NCBI GenBank assembly: GCA_964016885.1
Contig: OZ024743.1
Span: 162,130,001-162,194,000, forward strand
Length of the DNA stretch: 64,000 nt
Direction of reading: 5' to 3'
Origin: Eledone cirrhosa
Taxonomy: Eukaryota
In this document: positions 1 through 13,977 of the stretch, piece by piece
Position numbering within the stretch: the stretch's first letter is position 1
Layout of the letters: each line of letters opens with the position of its first letter
The notes under the pieces: model-generated
The model's database searches: none
Told to the model about the DNA's origin: nothing
What the model saw: only the letters and a program-made list of their open reading frames with translations
Translations under genes and position numbers: made by a program

Positions 1-167
1 TGTTACGCTACATAGAATTATAGTGAGTTGCTATTTAGAATATTTAATTAGGTTTATAGTATTTAAATGTTTTTCGTATACGGTGATTACAAGCTATAAT
101 CAGTTCCTGTCTTAAAGTCATAGAACTAAACATAATACTAATTTACTACTAATTTGGAATAAAATTA

Positions 168-311
168 TTATTGCTTTTGACAACAGCTGGTGATATGCAT
201 GTAAGTAAATATTCTCCTTATCTGATAGTTTGTAACTAACCTTACATAGATCGATAACGAAGTATAGTTACGATGTATTATCATCACCTAGAAACGATCG
301 TAAAGCAGTGA
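168..311 (+). ncRNA. Type I hammerhead, U3-A8 core, long stem II
   Basis: Stem I TTATTGCTT/AAGCAGTGA (9 bp), core TTGACAA, GAAA CGATCG TA. Homologous to 7316-7455. Confidence 0.7.
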
Positions 312-1345
312 AGTATATCTCTAATGATTTGATTTTTTATTTCATTGTTTTAACTTATATATATATATATATACATGTATAGACACACGCACATACATAT
401 TACCTCGCCACAAACCCCATATTATAGATAATTTTATGTAGAAACACTATATCTTGGTATTCAAACTTTCAATTTCCTTTCGTTCAATATATCGATTTAT
501 TGATTATCAATTAACTTACTCAGGAATTGACTGCCGGAAGTAATAATCAGTCTGTTTTATATTTTGTTTTATTTATTATATGGCCACTCATATCAGATTG
601 ACCTTCTAATATCGTATCAATCATCAATTTCGAAATCTCTATTTTAATGAATATTTTACGGCGATATTTTACTGTGTATCGCAAACTTATGTTTCTAATT
701 ATACACACAAAGATATAAAGTATAATATCAGATTGCACATATGATAAATATGTATACACTATATATATTTGACATTTATCTGCATAGTGTACGCTTTTTA
801 AAAAAGATTAATAATTTAGTTCGAAAATAGAAGGATCGGTGCCTTTGATTTCCATAAGCCATCCTAGATAGGTATATATTAGCAGGGGAAACGTAGTGGA
901 TAGAATTAACTTAGATCAAAGGCACTTGATGGAAAACTATATTCCGATTTACAGTAAACTCAGCTTTAAAATGTACAGCTAATGAACTGTTATCTATCCA
1001 CGGCAGGTGATTTACTTTTTACTCCATTAAGTGAAATGATGTGTCATGGTGGTCTTTAGCTTGTCTCCACTAGGGTCGATAAAATAAGTGGACAAATGGG
1101 CTTCCACTCGGTAGTTAGACTTGCTAAAATTATTGGCCAAATATCCCTTAAATCGAAGGAAACATCGAATGAGGTAGACATCAATATACTATAACTGAAA
1201 AAAAGGAACGTCTCGGAACATGTCTTCAGTAATAGAGCAAGCCGGATGAAAAACACTTTTAACGAGCAAATGAGGAAGCCCCTATACAGATGCTCGACTT
1301 GCTAGAAATATTAGTCAAGCCACACAACGCACTCCTCCCAAAAGA

Positions 1346-1730
1346 ACACTCTCGGGTCTCGAATAATGCCCCCTTCCCCGGCCGCTTAATAATTTTAAAG
1401 ATTTTTTCACACCCCTACGCTCTTACCCCCCCCCCCCCCGGTTATTAAATTTTGCTAATCTATCTTAAAATTGTATTTTAAGTGGTAGCATTCCTGCGTT
1501 AATTATTTTTCTTTAGATATTCAAAAACATTATACATGACATGTCAAAGAAAAAAAAATTACAAGAAATCGCATACGTTATAAAATAAACAGGATGGTTT
1601 GGAGTCACAATATGTAAACTAAACGATTGATACTGGTTTAAAATAAAATCAAGAGAGGCACCTAGAAATTTTACTAATCCCCCCCCCCCCCCCCCCACCC
1701 CCGCCTCTTATTTGGGTCCCCTAAGAGTAC
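1346..1730. mobile_element. Degenerate MITE-like DNA transposon relic
   Basis: Imperfect inverted ends (ctctcgggtctcgaataa / ttatttgggtcccctaagag) with subterminal C-runs. A similar end starts near 2435. Confidence 0.35.
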
Positions 1731-2149
1731 ACTGTGTTTGCAAAAATACAAAGGTGATGTGTTCATGGGTGGAATGCCTTTCATTGTTGGTGTTTAGTCC
1801 CAAGTTATCACTGATAATCTGGGGCAAACACCAAGAACTTCGTACGAACACTGACGTATTTGTTACCAATTCAATATGTAAGCATCAGTACTACAAAAGA
1901 AAAAGACCAACAACAAAACCATGCATGTATCTAAAGGACAAAAATAAATATTGGAATCAGTTCTTTAAGCAAGATGGTAATGCATTTTCTATAAAAGACT
2001 TTTTGAAAATAAGCCGGATAAACTATGGGAAAGTATTTTTAAAGAAAATCCGTTTTTCTCTCGATGTTTGCTTTGATTTCCTGTAGTCATTACATACAAA
2101 CACATATACGCACACAAGCACACACACACACACACACACACATACAAAT

Positions 2150-2236
<87 letters not shown>

Positions 2237-4029
2237 CTCACGTGTAATCTTTTAGTTATTTCTTAGGGTATGTACAAATGGGAAAGCATTATCCATAGCT
2301 GAAAATCCTAAACAAATAAGCCATCAGGCATGACAAACTTGATAGTGTTTATGTTGTTGTTGTGGTGGTGGTATTGGTGGGTTTATTCTTATTATCATAC
2401 TTTCAGTAGAGTAAAATGTATTTTCCTCCTGACCGTACCCTCGGTCCCCAAATAATAGGGGGAATAAACAAGGGAGGGGGTTGGAAAATCGGTAATATTT
2501 CCAGGTTGTCTCCCTTGAAGTTTTTTAAAACCAGAATTAGTCGTTTAGTTTACATATTGGGACCACAAGCCATCATATTTATTTTATAATGTATGAAATT
2601 TCTTGTAATGTTCATATTTTGTCATGTATAATGTTTTTTAATGTCTAAAGAAAATTAATTGTTGCAGGAATGCTACGACTTAAAATCAAATTTTGGCGGG
2701 GATAGATATGCAAAATTAAATAAGCCGGGTGGAAGTTAAGAGCACGTCGGTTGGAAAAATCTGAAAAATGATGCAACTACTGTTCAAAGTTTTCACTATT
2801 AGGAACTTGTTATTATTGACGTTTGTGTTTTATTTTGTTCCTGAACCAACCACGGCATGAAAGAACTTGTTGGTTGTTCTTTCTCGCCCCTCGGGGCTGA
2901 AATAAACAAAAAAAAAAGTTTCGATATTTTTCTTCGAAGAAAAATTCATTAACAAGATGGCGTCACCTTTACTTGCCAGTCGGCAAGTGAATGATGTAGG
3001 GTGTGATTTACAGAGCCACATTACTTTTGTCGCTTTAAACCTCTTCTTTACCAGTAGCAGCTTCCCCTCTACCAGTCAACAGTGCAACTGCCACAACTGC
3101 CACTACTGGTATTGATTTCTTTATTAGCCACGAAGAGATGCCATCAAGTAAACAATAAAGACGGTACAATTTGATACAGTGTGGGCTTTTGCGTGTAAAA
3201 AAAGGTATAAACATAAAAAAAAAAATGTTCTTCAGTCGACAGGGAAATACGTATATTTATACACGCCCTCTCGGTTAATTCTGCACAGTATATGTACAGA
3301 CATGCATTTATCGTATATTTCGGCTGCTTGGTGCACAACGTAACACACATGCGCACTCACACGCATCACACACATACACACACACACGCAACACACACAT
3401 ATATAATTGAGCTTTAACGTAGACTCATACTTCAGAATGAATTTCTTGATGTATTTTCAAAAATTTATTAATAGTGGTGTCTATGTTTGTTAGGCACTCT
3501 GCGGTGTGTTTTTGTGTTTTTAATGTGGAAAAACCTGAATTTCTATGAAGTTTCCCGGAATTCTGATATACTGTGTCAAGGCGTCGCGAATATATTTAAT
3601 TTGGAAAAAATTGAATCTACTTTCATTTAATTCAAACTAATGAGCTTGATAATGTACTTCCATATTCAGTCGTCCAGCTTGCAGAAATACATGTCCTGCT
3701 AAAGATATATGAGCGCAAAAATTGCTTCTCATCCGGTTTTATAGCGTCACGAAAGCCAGTCTTGAAGTGTTTAAAGTCGTTAGGTAACAGCAAAGCAAGA
3801 TAGCCAGACTACAAACACTGCCACTTCAGGTAACAGCATCCTTTTCTCATGTGTCTTTACATAAATATGTACACAAACATAACATAGACACGGCACACCC
3901 ATGCAACCCCACTCCCACCTCCACTTATCTCCCCAGCACTGTCCCTGCACACGCCACACTTAACCACCACAGACCCTCCGCCTCCACTACTTTCTCTCCC
4001 TCACATACCTCCCATACTGTTGTCACCCT

Positions 4030-4348
4030 AAACCCAATAAACCCGACCGTCTTATCATTTCTGCTTGCCACTGGCCTACCGAAATAATCTCTCAATACCT
4101 TGACACCTCGTCGCCTCCTTAATCGCCGTCCCCCCATATTCATGACACTAATCCTGCTCATCGACTGTTCAACTCCTTTTCCATCCCTCCTAGCCACTCT
4201 CGCCTTTTCTTCACCATGAACATTAGCTCTCTCTACATCGTCATCCCTCACGATGACGGCCTCCACAGCTCGACTCATTTCTTTCTTTCGTCCAGTCTTT
4301 TCATCCTGCCCTCACCTTCACCACTTCCGTCTACGGTTCTTCCATCCA

Positions 4349-4406
<58 letters not shown>

Positions 4407-5060
4407 CTCACCACACCCTTACAAACTCCATCTTTTACAAGCCCACTTACTTCCACTCTTACATCGAGCTTGATCCAAACTGTCCTTACGCACAACAACA
4501 CTCTTACCCACCCAAATTCCTTTCCCCATCACCTACCACCCTCTATTCTACTCCTGCGGTGCCGTATCCTTCATTGCTTCTGAACCCTCGTTTCTGACCC
4601 TGTCACTTCTCGTTTTTTTTCCTAGCACACCCATCACCACCTTTAAGCGCGCCCGTTATCTCAGTGATCAGTTCCTTCTCCACCCCAACTAGGACTCCAC
4701 CTGGCTCCCGTCCCAGCTCCGTTGTAATACTTCTCCCTACATAACGAACCTTACCACCATCACAGGTACGAACCATTCTTTTCGTATTCGCCACTCCTTC
4801 ACCTGCACCCCTACCAACGTTATTTATGCCATTCGGTGTCCCATTTGCGGATACATAAACATCAGACAGGCCGCCGTCTGGCTCACCGATTCGTCGAACA
4901 CCTGAGGGAGATACGACTGGGGAAAACACCCCTGTCGCTCATCACTCCCCCCCCCCCCGACCACGCTACTCAACACCTCACTCAGCACCAGGATCGAACA
5001 GAACTTAATTTTTTGCTTTGGAAACTACTTTCCCGAATGGACTTAATTCCCGCCCTACCC
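4030..5060 (+). pseudogene. Decayed Penelope-like element (RT and GIY-YIG remnants)
   Basis: Broken-frame motifs NKPDRLIISAC..PTEIISQYLD, MNISSLYIVIPHDDGL, IFYKPTYFHSY, HSFTCTPTNVIYAIRCPICG, QTGRRLAHRFVEHLREIR. Confidence 0.85.
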
Positions 5061-6073
5061 TACAGTTGCTATAAACTCCCTGTATTCTTGCTCTCATACA
5101 CAAACACACGCACATACACACACACACAACTCCAGCCACCACACAATACACACCGACATTTACAATACCCGTATATACAATCCAACACTCATATACCTCT
5201 GCACCCACATAACCATCAAAATCCTACACATTCTGGTGCATGCACATGTATTTGCACATGCCCGCACACACCACCATCACAAACATCTCAGGGCACATAC
5301 TACAGGATGCATTTGTGCTTATTTTTCCTGAGCGCACGTTTGTGATCATGCGGCACCCAGTGCCACGACTGTGTACACTTCGTAGTACAGCTCATTACGA
5401 TTGTACGTACCACCATATCGTTAAAACTAAGCGGTTTCTCTTACGGTCATACCACGAAATGAAATATATATACGACAACGATCATATTCGCTACCAACAC
5501 TTTTTCTATACAACATCTTCCGACTGCTTTACGTATGTGTGTATGTATATATATGTGTGTATGTATATATATGTGTGTATGTATATATACGCGGAATTTC
5601 ATATACATATTTATAGACCGTCCTCCGTTGGTCAGTTCATGCGCGCGCTTACTCGCACTTAAACCTTTCACAGCATCCAGCACCGTAACGGTCCATCGCC
5701 CATCCTTCAAACCTTTGCACAAACAAACGAAACAAAACCTACACATGCACATACACACATGCTCACACACACGTTCACGCACACGCTTGTTCACTTAAAA
5801 TATACAATGATTACCTCCCTGTTTAAACCTCTCGTTAGATACTCACCAAAAATGAATGACTGAATAAACACGTGTTTTTCTTTTTTTCCGTCCCTTTCTC
5901 TTCTCACTCTCTATCTTTCTATTTCATCTTTTATTTCTCATTTTTTGCACTAGAGTCCGAAATATTAGGAATCTTTTTCTACTATATCAAGCGTTAAATT
6001 AATATATTTCTTCATTGTACTGTGTCGTTTGCTTTGATATTTCTGTTCACTTATTGCATATCTATCTATCATC

Positions 6074-6152
<79 letters not shown>

Positions 6153-6157
6153 CTATG

Positions 6158-6193
<36 letters not shown>

Positions 6194-6199
<6 letters not shown>

Positions 6200-6725
6200 T
6201 ATTGAAGTTTGCTTGAAGCATTGTGGAATAATAGGTAAATATCTTTAAGTCGTTTGGAAGCCTCGACAATGCAGATGGGTAAATCTCCGGGTAACAAGAT
6301 CCGGTGGTGGAAAGAGGATGTAAGTGGGTGTACGTTGAGATGCTTGGTGTGTATAAGACGTGTAGAAGAATGAAGGAGAGAGTATAAAGGATAACAGAAA
6401 CAGAAAGAGTATAAACAACAAACAGCGGAGGACCCGTTTCGCACCTTTCCGACAGACAACCTTTCCCCCACCCCGGAAAAAACCCCAGTTGATGGATGTG
6501 AATCCGAAATATATAGGGACAATTAAATCTCTCCCAAGGTAACTCTCTCTATCTCGTGTTCTTATTTTATTTTATCCTTTATACTCTTTCCTTCATTCTT
6601 CTACACGTCTTATACACACCACGCATCATCTCAACGTACACCCACTTACATCTCTCTCTCCACCACCGGATCTTGTTACCCGGAGATTTACCCATTTGCA
6701 TTGTCGAGGCTTCCAAACGACTTAA

Positions 6726-6729
<4 letters not shown>
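6194..6729. mobile_element. Fold-back mini-element in (TA)n
   Basis: Inverted arms ~6239-6396 and ~6572-6729, left tail, TA flanks. Degenerate HHR-like motif at 6483-6518 (CCC CAGTTGA TGGA..TCC GAAA TATA TA GGG). Confidence 0.75.
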
Positions 6730-6784
<55 letters not shown>

Positions 6785-6787
<3 letters not shown>

Positions 6788-6982
6788 GTGGAACACTGGA
6801 AGGTAATATCCGTAGTGGTAGAGCACTCAGTCCATGGGACGAGTTAGGTACAAGTGGTTGCACAACAGTTAGTTCACCATACCGAGAACAATTGTTTCAC
6901 CTTAGCGAATCCTCAGCTGAGGATCCGCTAAGGTGAAACTATTGTTCTCAGTATGGTGAACTAACTGTTGTGTAACCACTTC
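6785..6982. mobile_element. Fold-back mini-element folded at the hammerhead core
   Basis: Palindrome centred at 6916/6917 (TCAG|CTGA). Each arm reads CTGAGGA T(C/T)C GCTAA GGT GAAA C(A/T)ATTG TT. Tail 6785-6851 contains ACTC..GAGTGCT on the minus strand. Confidence 0.8.
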
Positions 6983-7007
6983 TATATATATATATATATC
7001 TGTATAT

Positions 7008-7509
7008 AGATAAATCTACCAAAATATACGGTAGTGTCCAATCCGTATGAAGAACTCAATGTAATCCAAATATCATGAAAAGAGAAGATGTATTTAAAAT
7101 ATTTTTCGATGAAAATCGCAGGAAAACAGTCAAGATAAATTAATAAAAACAATGAATAAAAACAAAGAAACAGTTACTTATATTAAAGAATTCATCATTT
7201 TACGATCGTTTCTAGGATATATATGTGTGGGTTGGTATGTATATCATATAGATCTATGTAAACATTTTATAAACTATCAGAGGGAATATACATACCTACA
7301 CATATATATGCTGTCTTTATTATTTCTGAAGACAGCATATATATGTGTAGGTATGTATATTCCCTCTGATAGTTTGTACATTTTTTACATAGATCTATAT
7401 GATATACATACCAACCCACACATATATATCCTAGAAACGATCGTAAAATGATGAATTTTTTAATATAAGGAACTGTTTCTTTGTTTTATTCATTGTTTTT
7501 ATTAATTTA

Positions 7510-7513
<4 letters not shown>
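7008..7513. mobile_element. Fold-back mini-element with long-stem-II hammerhead
   Basis: Arms ~7137-7317 and ~7329-7507, left tail, TA flanks. Same family as 33555-33899 and ~168-360. Confidence 0.85.
7316..7455 (+). ncRNA. Type I hammerhead with ~100-nt stem II
   Basis: TTTATTATTT CTGAAGA [C AG C ATATATATGTGT..GGTATGTATAT / ATATACATACC..ACACATATATAT C CT A] GAAA CGATCG TA AAATGATGAA. Confidence 0.8.
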
Positions 7514-7548
<35 letters not shown>

Positions 7549-7553
7549 CAAAG

Positions 7554-7579
<26 letters not shown>

Positions 7580-7584
<5 letters not shown>

Positions 7585-7742
7585 ACGGGCCTTTTCAATT
7601 TCCTTCTAACAAATTCTACTCACAAAGCGCTGGTCAATCGGAGGATATACTAGAAGATACACCACCCTTGTGCCACGCAGCCTGCTGAACCCAGTACCAA
7701 CTGGTTTCAAAGCAAAAATTCTTAATCACACAACCATTGCCT
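7580..7742 (-). mobile_element. tRNA-derived SINE (degenerate)
   Basis: tRNA-like head on the minus strand followed by ..gtgtatcttctagtat..gaccagcgctttgtgagtaga..; resembles cephalopod SINEs from memory. Confidence 0.55.
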
Positions 7743-8198
7743 GTGTCCTTTCATATGCCATGAAACACCAGCAATTGATTTGAACACCAGCAATTGATTT
7801 GAACTGAAGCTATAGTCAGACATTAATATCAGTCATCGTACCATGGTTTGTCCACACACTGTGTTTTTCTACTACAGATATCACTATATTTCTTCTTCCG
7901 ACGTCCAACTCTTCATATGTAGCAATGGTGTATACTCCAGTTTACACTGATGAATTACCGAGTTATAAACCAGTAAACAACTAATGGGTACCAAACTATC
8001 TGTTATTATGGAACTTCATTAAAACAGCTAACTTGTGCCAACTACTTTGGCACGGCTTCAACAATATCTTTTTATGCTTGAGATGAGTGAATGCTTGTGT
8101 TGCACGCCCATGTATTTTTGCCTCAGTGTCTGAGTGTTTATGTGTCAGTGTGCGTGTGTGTAAATATGTACACACATATATATATATATATATATATT

Positions 8199-8256
<58 letters not shown>

Positions 8257-8551
8257 TACACACATGTATACGCATGCACAGTGCACTGTGTGAGCAAATA
8301 TGCAGACATACACGCATATATATATATATATATATATTTGTATGTATGTATGTATGTATATATATATATATATATATATGCACATATATACATTTATATA
8401 CGTACAAGCATATATATATGCACGCACACGTATATACATACCTATTAGTTTTGTTTATGTTTTCGCACAAAAAGTTTATAGTGCCAATATTGAATTGCAG
8501 TGTAAAGCGTATTGGTTCTACTAATATATGCATTGCTACTTTACTAACTAT

Positions 8552-8665
<114 letters not shown>

Positions 8666-9032
8666 TCATACGTACATCATTACTTGTACACATATATGTA
8701 CACATACGCGCATACACACACGCATAAGCGCACTTGCACCAAGTACAGAAGCACACATATGTAAATATATTTGTTTGTCTGTGTATAACATGACTGTTTT
8801 GTTTGAATGAGTTGTGTGTGTGTTCGTATGTGTGTGTGTGTGTGTGAGTCTGTCTGTATATTTGTGTCTGTGTGTGTATCTCTGAACATGTATCTAATGA
8901 AAAAGAAGGTAAAAACAAAACTAGTGTCGTTCCAATTTGGCAGAGAAACTAAAAGATACAATGCTATCGGAACTATTAGCAGGGAAGTATTGTTTAGGAA
9001 GAGGATATACTTTATCTCAAGGTGTGGTCTTT

Positions 9033-9126
<94 letters not shown>

Positions 9127-9129
9127 CAC

Positions 9130-9250
9130 GAATGACCATGGGCTTTGCACCTGAATGCTCCCCTGCAAGGTACAAGACTGGGTATGGTGTATTTTTTGTA
9201 GAAGACCAGCAGTCGCCCATACACACCAATCTCCCCTTTATAAGCCACCG
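9130..9250 (+). repeat. Interspersed repeat (second copy 60783-60900), probably a SINE/LINE tail
   Basis: Both copies share gaatgaccatgg..tgcac..cc..caag..ggtgt..ttt..gaagacca.cagtc.cc.at. Confidence 0.5.
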
Positions 9251-11472
9251 ATGTTGTAAGGGAAGAGAGAGTTGGATGGAACCCGTGGAAGAAAAAGACT
9301 AAGGAAGACATGGGAGCGAGGTTGTGAAGAATGATCGCAAGAAATTACACAAGATTGAAATGTCTGGCGTTATGCCAAGCACTACGACTTTGAGAGAAAC
9401 ACTACGACCTTGAGAGTAGAATGGTGAGAGACCGGAAGCTACAAAGCTTGGCGATCGAATATAAATAGTAATTGGTATAAGACGAAAATGCGACAACCTC
9501 TTTAGTGCTCGTGCCATAAAATGCACGCAGTATACCCTGTAACGCGCTAACATCGGAACCATGAAACACGCACTCATGATATTATACTGTCATCATCCCA
9601 TACCTATTGTGATTTGCCTATGACATCATATTTAATATCCTCGCAACTCGGTTGCCATCTGATCACCTATAGGATAGATAAGGCTCTTCAGTTTAGTCAA
9701 TAACCGATAACCTAGTGATGATGAGGTAAAGAAGTTGACAATCAAAATCTGCATTCAAAACCTGTCAATGAAACAGGTTTGCCTCAAAGACTTCAATGAA
9801 GTTGATGAAGAATCTCTCTAAGTGAAACGGAAATACAACACCTACACCCAATAACATTTACAAATCCTTTATATCATTTCTCCCCAAAAGAAATTGACGG
9901 TAGATCTTTGTAGAACAAACAGATATGTGAACAAGGAGATAAAAAGCAACCAGCACAGCGCCCATAAACATTAATTATATCCATAATAATTATCTAGATA
10001 ACCAAACCACACTATTCAGTGACACCCTGTCACAATTCCATTTCTTTCATACTGTGTATTGATTGCAACTTTTGATCAGTTTTTTCCCCTTAGATCTTTC
10101 TTGGTCTCATCACAGATTTCCCCTCTACAAGTGTACACTTTCCACCAGTCAATCAAATTATCGCCACGCCCCCGAGAGATAGATTTGAATTGAATTAAAT
10201 CAGAGTTATTTCTCATTTCATATCGAAACGATAAGAAGCTTAAGCGTAGGGCAAAGAATCCATATAAAACTATTTACCCTCAACTGAGGTTATCTACCAA
10301 TTAGTATAGAAAAAATCTTTCTGGGTGTGTTCGGAACCTAAAAGCCAGAATGGCATACAATCAATAAGATTAATTGATCGATAATTTTATTGATATAACT
10401 AATACAGATCCATTTCAATCCGAATTGTCTATATTACAAAACAAAAATCAATAAATTAATCTAGAGTTATATCCTTTGGTTGTTTTTATTTTTTAAACGC
10501 ATCTAAAGAGACACGTTTTCTACTAATTACTTTGATATGTTGATCTAAGTTTTCCAATTTATTATACTATATATGTAAGATACTACACAATCACACCCAT
10601 GGCACCCCTGTACCTTCCATTTTGGCTCCGCCAGACAGGACCTTTCGCCTACCTCCCCCATCTATCTTTCTCCTTCCTTTGTTTACACTTTTGAATGTAC
10701 CCGCCAAAATCCGGATGTGAACTTCCTCTTTTTTTGAGAAAGAATACGTAATCTCACTGCCAAATTTACTACTACTGTCGTAAGGCAATGTGGACATTAG
10801 AAATGGAATGATGCATAAGACGGTGAATGTTTTTTCCAAATTATACCATGGTTTGCTGATTGGCATGGCACAAACACAACCCCAGTTACCAATTAGTAAG
10901 CATTTACTACTGCTGTGTCTCTCTCTTACTCTCTCCGTCTATCTATCTCTATTCTTCCTTCAATATCAATCCATCTCCCTTTCTTCTCCCTCTCTCTCAG
11001 TTCTGTTACTGCCTTACCCACTACATCCTTCATACTGACCTACTCAGCACTTCCGTTCAAGCCTTTGTTTTCTCCTTTTGTCATCTCACTCCCGACCAGT
11101 TCAGTCAATCTCGCCATCTCTCTTGCTTGTTCCAGGACTTAGGTCTCACCAACTTGTATTAATTAATTCCATTGCTTCCTAACGTTACTCCCACACATAT
11201 GTGTGCTGCTTGCGATTGTAACTTTTTCCCGTCCTATATCGGTATGTCGATATTTCTTTGTTTTTTTGTTTTTGTTTTTTTGTTTTCCTTCATCCAAAGT
11301 CCGTTGTGTTTTCTTGCCGAATAACTATCCGAGAATAGTTATTGATGCACTGTATTGAATACTCCCCAGTTTTCTATACCTTTTCTTCCATGCGTTTTTT
11401 AATATTATTTCCTAGTAAACACATAGCCCTGTTTTTAAATCAACTGAACACACACACACACAAACACGCGCG

Positions 11473-11543
<71 letters not shown>

Positions 11544-11722
11544 CCCCCCCCCACACGCATATATATATATATAAGTTAATAACTTAGGAAAGACAGACAG
11601 GGCGGGATAAGAAAAACTTATTTAATTATATATTCTAACACGTGTTTCATTATCGAGTTACGCCAGGGTCTACGAGGGCTACATAGAGATATTAATTTTT
11701 CCAATTATACTCTCGCAAAACT

Positions 11723-11769
<47 letters not shown>

Positions 11770-11773
<4 letters not shown>

Positions 11774-12363
11774 CACGTAAATAAGAAAGTTATGAAAATT
11801 GACTTACTTACTAAAATTTTCATAACTTTCTTATTTACGTCTTTCATATAATTGTTCTGCATTCCCCTGCATAGAACCACAAAGTTACTAAGACAAAACA
11901 TATATATCTGCTAGCATAGGTATGCATCTGTATACATATGTCGGTAGATATATTAATTCTTTATAATTATCTCCAAATTATTTGTTGAGCAAAATTTGCC
12001 AAATTACAACTGTGACTGATAATAGTAGCTAGGCTCTGTCTTAATAGCACCCCCACTCCAAGCTGGTTAACCTCAGTGTCACGTGATTGATTCTTTTGAA
12101 TTTGCCACTTGACCAAGAAGGCAGTGAATTTTTCAATGGCTTGGAATCTAGCCCCGCTCGCTTTTTTCCATCCACTGAATTATTTTTATATAAGTTCCCA
12201 GTGTCCCCGCATTGCCTAGAAACTTAGCTGAGAATAGACTCCCTGATGACGTAAGGCTTCTCTATAGTTATTACGTAACTATATTTATCCCCTTACAGAA
12301 ACTAATTAGTTGGAGTGAAATTTTAGTAAGTAAGTCAATTTTCATAACTTTCTTATTTACGTC

Positions 12364-12367
<4 letters not shown>
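11770..12367 (+). mobile_element. HHR mini-element with a 522-nt permuted direct repeat and a short inverted 5' cap
   Basis: ctttcatata recurs at 11841 and 12363. Inverted cap at 11770-11815. TA flanks. Homologous to 15411-15942. Confidence 0.85.
12238..12316 (+). ncRNA. Type I hammerhead
   Basis: ACTCC CTGATGA C GTAAGG..TATAGTTA/TAACTATA..CCTTAC A GAAA CTAATTAG TT GGAGT. Confidence 0.88.
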
Positions 12368-12407
<40 letters not shown>

Positions 12408-12699
12408 GAAGAAGAAGAAGAAGAAGAAGAAGAAGAAGAAGAAGAAGAAGAAGAAGAAGAAGAAGAAAAAGAAGAAGAAGAAAAAGAAGAAGAAGAAGAA
12501 GAAGAAGAAGAAGAAGAAGAAGAAGAAGAAGAAGAAGAAGAAGAAATCAAGGAAACAAGAAACGAACAAACAAGCGAAGATGATGCAATAACAAAGTGTA
12601 TAAGTAAGTTTCACGCTCGGAGGAGGAAGAATGAGTTACATAGTCAGCGTATCGGATGTGGCAGAATGGTTAAGAAGTTCAATTTTCAAAACATTTGTA

Positions 12700-13760
12700 G
12701 GGCAAAAGAATTATGGACAGAAGATAGATAGCTACGGGCTAGAGAATGTTTAACAAAAGAGCAACAAAGAACAACCGCGGAAACAGCTAACAAAAACATA
12801 GCTATTACATGTCTGCACAGATTAAGTAGAGAAAATGGTATGAATTTCAGCTTGGAAAGATGTGTAAAGAAAACGAATGAAAATATCTTGTTAGATAATG
12901 AAAATAGATTAGAGAATTACTATATATATATAGACTTACAAATACTTAAGAATTAATTAACTAGGCAGCGTTAAACACACGCAAATGAAATAAAAGGTGC
13001 TATAGATGCTTTAGATTAACTCTACAAACCTATAAAGCAGCAGCCTAGTACTGGGGTCGATTCTTCCTCTATATCTCTTTCTCACTTCCATTCTCTCACT
13101 CTCTATGCTCTATCCTTCTCTGGCAGATTCTTCTGTATTCAGACCTGGAGAGGAGATGGACTCCGTCAGGTTTTAAAATGACCAAAAAGCGTCGTATGTC
13201 AATACGGCGTCCCTACCACTCCCTTATGAGTGATGAGTTACGGGAGCATGCATGTAAGTGTGAAACCGTCCTAGTAGAAACTAGCAATACTATATAATGA
13301 ATCAGATTACAAAACTAGAATTTGAGGAGTCCGTAAAGAAATAATCGATTATATTGTTTCTCGTTTATATTTCTAGTATTAGCCAAAATGGGATATATAA
13401 GGCTGGAACCGTCATCTAGTGGATTTTATGCCAGCATTATGGAATAATCACAGAGAAGTGGTAGTACAAACACACTCTACATAAGGTCTTAGATAATAAC
13501 ACAGTAACCAAACTCTAGGATGCTTATTATTATGCATAGATATTAAAACAAATTTTACTGATAAGACCTGTAATTAAAAATATGCAGAATATGAGGACTG
13601 GAAATTGTGATAATTCCTAAAGTGCGTTAGGGTGATTAAAAAAGAAGACAAATATATAACCAAAACAAGAGCTACATAAATTGGCAACATACATCGATAA
13701 ATTTAAAAGATCTAAATTTAGCAATCTTAAAATTATACAACTATCTGCTTGTCTTTTTCC
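12700..13760 (+). pseudogene. Highly decayed R4/Dong-like non-LTR retrotransposon relic
   Basis: GMNFSLERC (cf. GM.FGL.KC) and VI*WILCQHYG..KW*YKH..KVLDN..KL*D remnants. Confidence 0.45.
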
Positions 13761-13977
13761 CCCTAGTCCCATACTATTAGACATTTCAGTCCCTTTCCTA
13801 AAACCACCATTTATACCGAGGGAATTTCTCAGTGAAGATCTTTTGGTTCATAAATTATTCTGGGATCGCTCTAGTTCTTTGTGCCAGATCTTGTGAAGAT
13901 TATTCTTTGAGAAGTTGTGATGTTGTATCATGACAGACAACCGTTTACTGGTTTATATAGAGGTAATTATATACAAT

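Noticed and set aside
665-740. HHR-like motifs here (minus) and at ~11630-11695, ~25525 and ~3630-3700
   Set aside because: Only a GAAA-palindrome half is recognisable; the core or stems are too degenerate.
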